DNA of 64,000 nt from Actinomycetales bacterium. GTDB lineage: Bacteria; Actinomycetota; Actinomycetes; Actinomycetales; Dermatophilaceae. Location of the stretch: assembly GCA_016710645.1 (NCBI GenBank), contig JADJVI010000056.1, positions 1,388 to 65,387 of the forward strand, in the 5' to 3' direction. The notes beneath the pieces are model-generated. The model ran no database searches, was not told the DNA's origin, and was given only the letters and a program-made list of their open reading frames with translations. Below, in pieces: positions 55,868-63,944 of the stretch; position 1 is the first letter of the stretch; the number at the start of each line of letters is the position of its first letter. The position numbers and the translations under genes were made by a program.

Positions 55868-56813
55868 CTAGTCCGGTCGGCGGAAATCCGTGACGTCGGC
55901 CAGCTTCGTGAAGCCCGCCGACAGATAGGCCGCGATACCGCCGACGTTGCTGGTCGGAGTGCAGACGACAACGCTGGATGCGCCCATCTTCTGCAGCTCA
56001 GCGGCCGCGGCAACAGCGATCGCGCACCCGTACCCGCGACCGCGAAATGCGCGGTGCGTGCCGAGGGGTTCGATCAGGCCCGGTCGTCCCGAGCCCGCAG
56101 ACCACACCGTGGTCGCCGCCACAGCCTGGTCGTCGGTGTCGTAGGCGACAGGACAGCGACCGCTCCGGTAGGCAGGCGAGGCGGCCAGCGCATGCCACCG
56201 CTTCACCGTGAACGTCGAGTTCGGGAAGGCGGCACGCTGGACAGCCACTCGATCCCGGACGACCTCATCGCGGACGTGCTGTGCATCGACCGTCTCGATG
56301 CGCACCCCACAGTCCTGCACGGGTGCGGCGAGGTCGCGGGAGAGCGGAGTCCACGACTCGTCGGCGATCCACCCCCGACGGCTCAAGAGGCCACGCACCG
56401 CCGGCCCGTACCTGACCTCCGCGACCCCACGGCCTCTCGGCAAGACTCCGCGGTCAGAGTCGGACAGGTCGTCGACGAACCGCCTAGCGAAGAACTCGTC
56501 ATCCCCGACCTCGGGAGAGATGGCCCATCCGGATCAGGCCCTCGGCACCATCCACCATCCCGACGGCCACCAGCCGCCCATCCGACCGCCCATCTAGCCG
56601 ACCATCCGACAGCCCATCCAGCCGACCATCCAGCCGCCCATCGCTCCGCCACAGCCACAGGCCGTCGACCACCTGCTGGGCCCCGAATCGCCACAGCCAC
56701 CCGAGATCGCCCGGATGCACATGCACCGGGAGGCCGTCATGCTGCCAGGACCCGACGACATCGACGACTTCCTCCAGCATCGCAACGGTCGCCTGCTGCA
56801 CGGTGAACCCCAT
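55868..56813 (-). pseudogene. two-domain GNAT N-acetyltransferase, frameshifted between domains; carries a DGRL-type tetrapeptide tandem repeat
   Basis: ORF 56499..57101 (from MGFTVQQATV at 56813) and ORF 55868..56443 join if one base is removed near 56520-56528 (…LIRM(G/A)ISPEVGDDEFFARRFVDD…PRGRGVAEV…). C-terminal acetyl-CoA motif RGRGYGCAIAVAAA. Repeat RLDGRLDGLSDGRLDGRSDG at ~56575-56640. Confidence 0.7.
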
Positions 56814-56991
56814 GGGACCAGACAACCCCAACCCACACCGACTACGCACGCAGTTTGAGGGCGAGGCAGCGAGAGAAGCTCTGCCATCCGGCTTCCGGTT
56901 AGGCAGAACGTGCGCCCAGACGCACGTTGTGCCTAGCCGTACGTGCACCCAGCGGCCCAGGAGCGACACGGAGCGCCGCGCAGGCGAGGAA

Positions 56992-57030
56992 CAGCCGGGG
57001 TATGCCGTGCGGCACGGCATACCCCGGCTG
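56992..57030 (-). terminator. near-perfect 39-bp palindrome from an inverted motif pair, 3' of the reductase gene
   Basis: CAGCCGGGGTATGCCGTGC-g-GCACGGCATACCCCGGCTG. Confidence 0.55.
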
Positions 57031-57070
57031 TTGCAGCGTCCTGAGCGGGTCGGCAGGCGACCCGCCTCGA

Positions 57071-58123
57071 TCAGGGAACCAGACGCCCGGGCGGCGGCCA
57101 TTCGGCCGGAGCGGCCGGGAAGTAGCCCTCGACGTGGACCAGGTCGGGGTCGGCGCCGAGTTCGAGGGCCCGGGCCTTGCAGGCCTCGACGAAGTCGGGG
57201 TTACCGGCGATGAAGACGCTGTGGCCGGCCAGTGACGGGAAGACCTGGTCGAGCATCGCGGGGATGCGGCCAGACTTGGCGCCCTCGGGGGCCTCGCCAC
57301 CGGTGTAGGTCGGGACGAAGGTGAACTTGCGGTGCTTCTTCTCCCACCAGGCCATGAGGCCACGGTCGAAGACGTCGGCCTGGGTGCGCGCCGAGAAGAT
57401 CAGCGTGACGCCGAACTTGAAGCCACGCCGCAGCGCGCCATCAGTGAGGCCGAGGATGGGGGCCAGGCCCGAGCCCGAGGCCAGGCACACGACAGGCGTC
57501 TCGACGGAGGGGTCTCCGACGAAGGTGCCGTAGGGACCGGAGAGCAGCACCTGGTCTCCGACACTGAGCTTGTCGTGCACCCAGCCGCTCGTGGCCCCGC
57601 CCGCGACCTTGGTGATCAACAGGTGGATCTCGCCGTCCGGACGGGGAGCGTTGGCGATCGAGTAGGAGCGCGGCGGCGCATCGGCCGCGGCGTTGCCGAA
57701 CATGACGTATTGACCCGGCCAGTAGCGCAGGTTCTCACCAAGCGGCCGCAACTGCACCTCGAGCATCGAGGGGGTCCGCCGGATGAGGTCGGTGACGACG
57801 AAGGGGACGTTCTCGCGCGGTGGGAAGAGCTTCTGCAGCGCGTCGACGGTGCCGAACTCGATGTCGAGGGTGTTGGTCAGCGGCTTGGCCATGCACATGA
57901 GGCCATAGCCCTCGGCGCGGTCGGCCTGGCTGAGCGCCATGTCCAGGACCATGCCCTGGTCGAAGGAGCCGTCGAGGACCTTGGTCTTGCATTCGCCACA
58001 GGCACCCGCGCGGCAGTTGTTCGGCATGATGTAGCCGGCCTTTTCCAAGGCGGTGAGCACCGTGTCGCCGGCTTCGCAGGGAACCTCATGGCCGGAGGGC
58101 TGGAGGCGGATCGTCGCTGTCAT
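57071..58123 (-). CDS. 2Fe-2S ferredoxin / FAD-NAD(P) oxidoreductase (FNR-type reductase component of an oxygenase)
   Basis: N-terminal plant-type ferredoxin CRAGACGECKTKV...LMCMA. FNR motifs RSYSIAN, LLSGPYG, CLASGSGLAP. Confidence 0.85.
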   Translation of the reverse strand: MTATIRLQPSGHEVPCEAGDTVLTALEKAGYIMPNNCRAGACGECKTKVLDGSFDQGMVLDMALSQADRAEGYGLMCMAKPLTNTLDIEFGTVDALQKLFPPRENVPFVVTDLIRRTPSMLEVQLRPLGENLRYWPGQYVMFGNAAADAPPRSYSIANAPRPDGEIHLLITKVAGGATSGWVHDKLSVGDQVLLSGPYGTFVGDPSVETPVVCLASGSGLAPILGLTDGALRRGFKFGVTLIFSARTQADVFDRGLMAWWEKKHRKFTFVPTYTGGEAPEGAKSGRIPAMLDQVFPSLAGHSVFIAGNPDFVEACKARALELGADPDLVHVEGYFPAAPAEWPPPGRLVP

Positions 58124-58343
58124 GGTCCCTATCTTCGTGGTCGAGGTTCGGCGGTTGAAGCCCTTCCCGCTGTGACGTGCGCAGACCCGCCATCGCGAGA
58201 CGCGAGCGGACCGGGCGGCACGGCATACGGGTCAATCGGGGTGTCAGTCGGGGTGTCAATCGGGTTGCGACACAACCGAATGTGCCGCGGCTACACAAGG
58301 GGCGAGGGGCCGTGAAACGGGTCACTCACCGGGGTGGAACAGA

Positions 58344-58389
58344 CCGAAGGGGTATGCCGGGCGGGTGAGACCGCGGCATACCCCTTCGG
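58344..58389 (-). terminator. 16-bp hairpin from an inverted motif pair, 3' of the diiron oxygenase gene
   Basis: CCGAAGGGGTATGCCG-14 nt-CGGCATACCCCTTCGG. Confidence 0.5.
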
Positions 58390-58451
58390 GCCTTGTCGAT
58401 CAGAAGCGATCAGCGAGGATCAGAAGCAATCACGCGCCAACGAGCAGTGGA

Positions 58452-59476
58452 TCAGAACACCGGGATGATGTCGTCCATGTCGATGTCGCTGATCTCTTCG
58501 CCGGTGATACCGACCTCGGGGATCGCGGGGAAGGGGATGTTGTAGCGGTCGAGCACGCCCTTGAGGTTGAGCATGGCCGAGCGCCAGTTTTCCTTCTTCT
58601 GCTCGTACTCGGGAATGAAGAAGCCAGCCGCACGTGCGATGGCCTCGCCCTCGCGCTGAGCCGAGATGAAGTCCTCGGGGAGGTCCCAGAACTCCATCGG
58701 CGGCTCGAAGAGCACGGCCGAGAGGAACAGGTAGCCGGCGCGGATCTGCTTGGTGATGAGGCTGCGCTCGGACACGTCCAGCTTCGGGTAGTCGCGCCCA
58801 TGAGCGACATGCAGATCGCCATGTGACGGCCCTCGTCGCGGCCGATGTTGCGGAAGGCGGCCTGGTACACAGGCTCCTTCGCGCCGGCGGCCATCTGGTG
58901 GAAGATCGTCGCAGCAGCGATCTCGCCCATAAGGAAGGACGAGAAGAGGATGGCCAGCGAGTAGCGCGGGACAGCCTTCTTGTAGCCACTCCAGTAGCGG
59001 CCGCCGTTGAAGTACAGCCACTTGGTGTTCTTCTGGAGGCGCTTGCCGAGCTCGGTCTTGGGCTCGTAGGTGAGCGGGTCCGGGTGCTCGAGCAACTTGG
59101 TGATGGACAAGCCACACATCTGCTCGTGCATCTGCTCGTCACGGGTCACCGAGAAGAAGCACCGGCGGACGGCGTCCTCTTCGTGGACCTCGTAGGTCTT
59201 GATGAGAGCCTCGGCGAACACCGGCGGGGCGGATGCGTCGAAGACCGACAGCAGCGTCCACCAGTACGCGATCGCCTCGCGCTGCTCCCACGTGTAGGAG
59301 CTCGGGTCAAAGGTGTCCCAGGGGAGCTTCAGCGGGTCCCACTGGTCACGTTGGGAAGAGGCCCAGATCTCTTCCATCTTGGCTGTCTCCCGGTGCCAGC
59401 TCAACGGGTAAACGTTGGGCTGCTCGGTCTCCGGCGGCATCTCCATGCTTCCTGCGAAGCGCTCTTTGCTGCTCAT
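58452..59476 (-). pseudogene. ferritin-like diiron oxygenase, -1 frameshift after the second EXXH motif
   Basis: ORF 58430..59476 carries RDEQMHEQ and RDEGRHMAI, then turns into Ser/Arg/Pro noise. ORF 58452..59117 supplies the plausible C-terminus DYPKLDVSERSLITKQIRAGYLFLSAVLFEPP…DIIPVF. The junction is at ~58790-58800. Confidence 0.7.
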
Positions 59477-59628
59477 AGGCCCGAGAGTAGATGTCGCAAC
59501 CTAGATTGTCTAGGTCTTGACTACCTGGGTGCTCGGCCTCACACTGACCGATCGGTCGGGAAAAGGTGCGACCGACTGAATCACCCTTGAGGTGCCCTCC
59601 GAAGGGGTCTACCCAGAGCCGCTCGGGG

Positions 59629-60045
59629 CTACTCGGTGCGACCGCGCAACAGCCGCCGCATGAGCTCGACGAACTGCTCCAGGTCGGGTCCCAGCCGCGC
59701 GAAGAACGCGGTCTCGACATCGTTCTCCCGCCCGTATGCCGCCGCGAGACGCTCGCCGGTGGCGGTGAGGCGCACGGTCACCAGTCGCCGGTCGGCCGAT
59801 TCGCGGTGTCGCTCGACCAGGCCGTCGCGTTCGAGGGTGTTGAGGACGCTCGACACGGCCGCTCGCGACAGGCCCGAGTAGCGGGCGATCTCCCGCGGCT
59901 CCATCTCACCAGCGACCCATACGCAAAACATCACCCGAAAACCTGCCATGCTCCACCCGGCCTCGCGGTGCACCTGGGATTCGAGCCGGTGGACCAACAT
60001 CGTCGACAGGCGCACGAGGTTGAAGGATGCGCGCAGGGCGAGCAA
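59629..60045 (-). CDS. MarR-family transcriptional regulator
   Basis: wHTH REIARYSGLSRAAVSSVLNTLERDGLVERHRESADRRLVTVRLT. Confidence 0.85.
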   Translation of the reverse strand: MLALRASFNLVRLSTMLVHRLESQVHREAGWSMAGFRVMFCVWVAGEMEPREIARYSGLSRAAVSSVLNTLERDGLVERHRESADRRLVTVRLTATGERLAAAYGRENDVETAFFARLGPDLEQFVELMRRLLRGRTE

Positions 60046-60295
60046 GTCTGCGTCAGGGTGGGTCGTGGCGACTTGCTGGGCTGCGGCGGACTCGAACCCG
60101 TCCGACGAGCCCCGGGCTGATCATCACAACTCGCATGATGTCACCTTGACGATCCCTGTCAGGGCTCACGTCCTGACTTGGGCTCGGACTGTCCTCGTTC
60201 CGCACGCATTCCGGTATGCCGTCAGGCCGGAGGTGGCGACCGGAGGCCGAGGCGAAGGCATGGAGAGGTCGAGAGTCGGGAGGCGGGAGGCGGGG

Positions 60296-60348
60296 TGGGA
60301 CGTCGGGGAGGGACGTCGCCGGTGGGACGTCGCGGGTGGGACGTCGGG
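60296..60348. promoter_or_regulatory. four tandem GGGACGTCG units (GACGTC cores at 60299, 60312, 60326, 60340; 13-14-bp spacing)
   Basis: Read directly in the MarR / VOC-like intergenic region. Confidence 0.4.
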
Positions 60349-60457
60349 GGTGGGGAGAGGCGAGATGGGAGGGGTGGCGAGTGGGCGGCATAAGGCGGGC
60401 GTGAGCCACGTCACGTCCGCGGCGCGGCGCGATCCCACCGCCCCCAGGAGCCGCGTG

Positions 60458-60994
60458 ATGACCCAGACCTACCCGGTGTCGACCTGCCTGTGGTTCGACA
60501 CCGAGGCCGAGACCGCAGCCCGGCTCTACACCAGCCTGGTGCCCGACAGCGAGATCGGGCAGATCAGTCACTACGGCTCGGAAAACGAACACGGTGAGAC
60601 CGGTTCGGTCCTACAGGTCAGAATTCCGGCCTGGCACACAGCAATTCGTCGCCCTCAACGGCGGACCGATCTTCAGGCACTCGCCCGCGGCGTCGATCCA
60701 GGCTTCTGCCCCGACCAGGTGGAAGTGGACCGGCTCTGGTACGGGCTGCTCGAAGGCGGCGGCGAAGAGTCGCAATGTGGCTGGCTCACCGACCGGTTCG
60801 GCCTGTCGTGGCAGATCATCCCGACCCGACTGGGCGAACTCGCCGGCGACCCGGACCCCGAGCGCGCCTCCCGGGTCATCGCCGCGATGCTGCAGATGCG
60901 CAAGCTCGACATCGCCGCGCTCGAAGCCGCCGCCGACGCTCCGGCCACTGCCCCAGCCAATGCCCCGACCGACGCCCCGACCACGCAGGCGTGA
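60458..60994 (+). pseudogene. PhnB/VOC-like (3-demethylubiquinone-9 methyltransferase-domain family) gene with a compensating +1/-1 frameshift pair
   Basis: ORF 59948..60994 holds MTQTYPVSTCLWFDTEAE…GSVLQV and …VEVDRLWYGLLEGGGEESQCGWLTDRFGLSWQIIP. The conserved middle EFRPGTQQFVALNGGPIFRHSPAASIQ is in the frame of ORF 60594..61850. Switch points are ~60620 and ~60700. Confidence 0.7.
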
Positions 60995-61005
60995 ATCGAG
61001 CCCTC

Positions 61006-61549
61006 ATGCGACCAGTGACCGCAGCCCTGTTCAGCTCGATCGACGGCGCCGTCGAATCCCCCACCACTTCCAGTTTGACCACTTCGACGCTGACACGGGC
61101 GGGCTGATGACCCAGGCCCTCAGCGGTGCCGACGCGGTCGTCATGGGCCGACGCACCTACGACGAGTGGTCGCAGTACTGGCCCGCCAACACCGACGACG
61201 CCGGCGACTTCATCAATCCGATCCGTAAGTACGTCGCGTCGAGCACGCTCACCGACCCACTCGCGTGGCAGAACTCGACCATCATCCCCGGCGACGCCGT
61301 CGACTCGTCCGCGAACTCAAGCAGACCGAGGGTGCCGGCATCGTCGTCACCGGCTCGATCTCGCTGGTGCGCCAGCTGCTCCTGGCTGGGGTCCTCGACC
61401 GGCTCACCTCATGGTCCACCCGGTCGTGGCCGGCGCAGGGCTGCGGCACCTGTTCGACCCGGACGAGAAGACCATCCGCCTCGAGCTTCGTCGACCACAC
61501 CGTCACGGTCCCGGGCAACGCGATCCTCACCTACGCATTGCGCTCCTGA
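61006..61549 (+). pseudogene. RibD_C / dihydrofolate-reductase-like family gene broken by about four frameshifts
   Basis: Family-typical segments sit in different track frames: MRPVTAALFSSIDGAVESP (60775 ORF), HHFQFDHFD…RRTYDEWSQYWP…KYVASSTLTDPLAWQNSTII (60594 ORF), LVRELKQTEGAGIVVTGSISLVRQLL (61265 ORF), MVHPVVAGAGLRHLFDPDEKTIRLEL (61126 ORF), VDHTVTVPGNAILTYALRS (61265 ORF). Confidence 0.7.
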
Positions 61550-61565
61550 GCGGCCTGGCCTGCAG

Positions 61566-61600
61566 CCGCCTGTATGCCGTGTGACACGGCATACAGGCGG
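61566..61600 (+). terminator. 17-bp-arm palindrome from an inverted (variant) motif pair
   Basis: CCGCCTGTATGCCGTGT-g-ACACGGCATACAGGCGG, 17 nt after the stop at 61549. Confidence 0.5.
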
Positions 61601-61658
61601 GGTCAAGGACCGCTCCGCCTTCCAGGAGCAAGCGCTTACCGGCAAGCAGGATCCGATC

Positions 61659-63944
61659 ATGAGCGCCCTGCAGATCACCGCCATTGCGCTGTGCTTCACC
61701 ATCCCGCTGTTGGGGTGGGCGTTGCTCTTCCGGCAGGCGTTCCGCTTCTATCGGCTGTTCCAGACCGGGGCACCCGACACGAGCCCGCGACCAGCCCACC
61801 ACGCGCGCACTGACGGTGCTGCTGCGAGTTCCTCGGGCACACCCGGATGAAGCAGCCAGTGGGTGTCGGTGGCGCACTGGTTCACCGCATTGGGGTTCCT
61901 ATCCTCTTCGCCACCCTGGTCAACGCGTTCTTCCAGCTCATCTGGGCTGACTTCCGGCTGCCGGTCGTCGGGCACTTCCCGCCCTTCGAGTGGCTCATCG
62001 AGTTGTTCGCGGTGACCGGGTTTATCGGCATCGTCTTCCTCATGCTGGTCCGCCAGAAGGAACACCCGCGCTCCTCCGAGGGTGACCGCGGCGCCGCCGC
62101 AGCCGATTCTTCGGATCGACGTGGTGGCAGGCCTATTACGTCGAGATCACCATCCTCGTCGTCATGGTGTGCATCCTGTCGTTGCGCACCAGGAGGCCGC
62201 GCTCATCGCGCGCATCGAGCCCGACACCAACATCGCCCTGCACTTCCCCGACCGGCTGGGCGCGTGGCATCTGGGGTGGCCTGGTCCGAGCAGTGGCTGC
62301 GCGAGTCGATCTGTCGTCGCGGCGACCAAGATCCTGGTGAGCTTCGCGTGGATGATCACGTCCCGCTCACTTCCGACGATGGGCGTGGCGTGGCACCGTT
62401 TCTCGCGTTCGTCAACATCTTCTTCAAGCGTCACGCCGACGGGCGCACCAGCCTCGGCGCGGGCAGCCGATGATGGTCGGCGGCGCGCCTATCGACCTCG
62501 AGCAGATCGAAGATCTCACGAGGACGCCGCCCTCGCGGGTGCAGGCCGAGCACTTCACCTGGAAGGGCTTGGCTCGACTTCACCACGTGCACTGCGCGTG
62601 GCCGCTGCCAGGCGCAGTGCCTGGCGTGGAACACCGACAAGCCGTCCTCACCCAAGCTGCTCGTCGTGACGCTGCGCGACTACGCCCACGCCAAGGCCCC
62701 TACCTCATGGCCACCGAGGGCGACCGCGCCGACCTGCCCGCGCACACCCTCAAACTCGCCGATGCGCCGCTGATCGGTGAGCCGACGGCATACGACGTCA
62801 GCCACCCGCTGACGGCATACGACGCCCTGGGCACTGACGGGGTCATCCACGAGACGCGCTCGGTCGTGCACGACGTGCAGCGCCTGCGTCGAGCAGTGCC
62901 CGGTCGACATCGAGCACGTCGACGCGATCGTCGACATGCGCCGCTATCAGAAACCTCATCGCCAGCGCTTTCCGCGTCGAGCTCGGCGGCCTGTTCAAGG
63001 ACCTTGAGAAGAACTCCAACCCCTGGGGCCATGCCCGGCGGATGCGCATGGACTGGGCCAAGGGCCTGGCGTTCGACGTGCCGGTCGTCGGCGACGACAT
63101 CGAGGACCTCGCCGGGAGGTCGACTACCTCTTCTGGGTCGGCTGCGCAGGCGCCTTTGAGGACCGCGCCAAGCGCACCTCCCGCGCGGTCGCCGAACTCC
63201 TGCACACCGCCGGGGTCACGTATGCCGTGCTCGGAGACGGCGAGGCCTGCACTGGTGACTCTGCGCGCCGGGCCGGCAACGAGTTCCTCTTCCAGATGCT
63301 CGCGCAGCAGAACGTCGAGGTGCTCAAGGAGGTCGGCGCGACCAAGATCGTCGTCACCTGTGCGCACTGCTTCAACACTCTCAAGAACGAATACCCGCAG
63401 CTGGGTGGCCACTACGAGGTGCTGCACCACACCCAGCTGCTCAACCGGTTGGATCCGAGAGGGCCGGCTCACCTGTGTCCCGCCCCGGCGAGTCCGGCGG
63501 CACTAAGGACGCCTCCACGGCCCCGACGGTCACCTATCACGACCCGTGTTACCTCGGCCGGCACAACCACGTTCACGCGCCGCGCGAGCTGCTCGGCGCC
63601 CTGCCCGGGGTCTCGCTGTCGGAGATGCCGCGACACGGCGAGAAGTCGTTCTGCTGCGGCGCAGGTGGCGCGCGGATGTGGATGGAGGAGCGCCTGGGCA
63701 CCTGAATCAACGTCAACCGGGCCACTGAGGCGGTCGGGACGGGAGCGGCCCGTATCGCGGTTGGTTGCCCATTCTGTAAGGTCGCGCTCAGCGACGGCGT
63801 GAACCAACGCTCGTCGAGGAGTCCAAGGTCGCCGAAGGTGCGGTCGAGGTCGTCGATGTCGCCCAGATGCTGCTCGCCGCGGTGCGCCGCGGCCAGGAGC
63901 CGGGTGCGGCGACGACCGGAAGCGCCAGCACCGGTTCCGGCTAG
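61659..63944 (+). pseudogene. membrane-bound (Fe-S)-binding oxidoreductase of the heterodisulfide-reductase-related / Rv0338c-like family, with >=10 frame disruptions and one in-frame TGA
   Basis: Conserved blocks are spread over all three + frames of track ORFs 60594, 61684, 61847, 62082, 62470, 63042, 63227 and 63475. Examples: [84 protein letters not shown]. The TGA at 63703-63705 replaces an expected Arg/Lys codon with the frame conserved on both sides. Confidence 0.7.
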
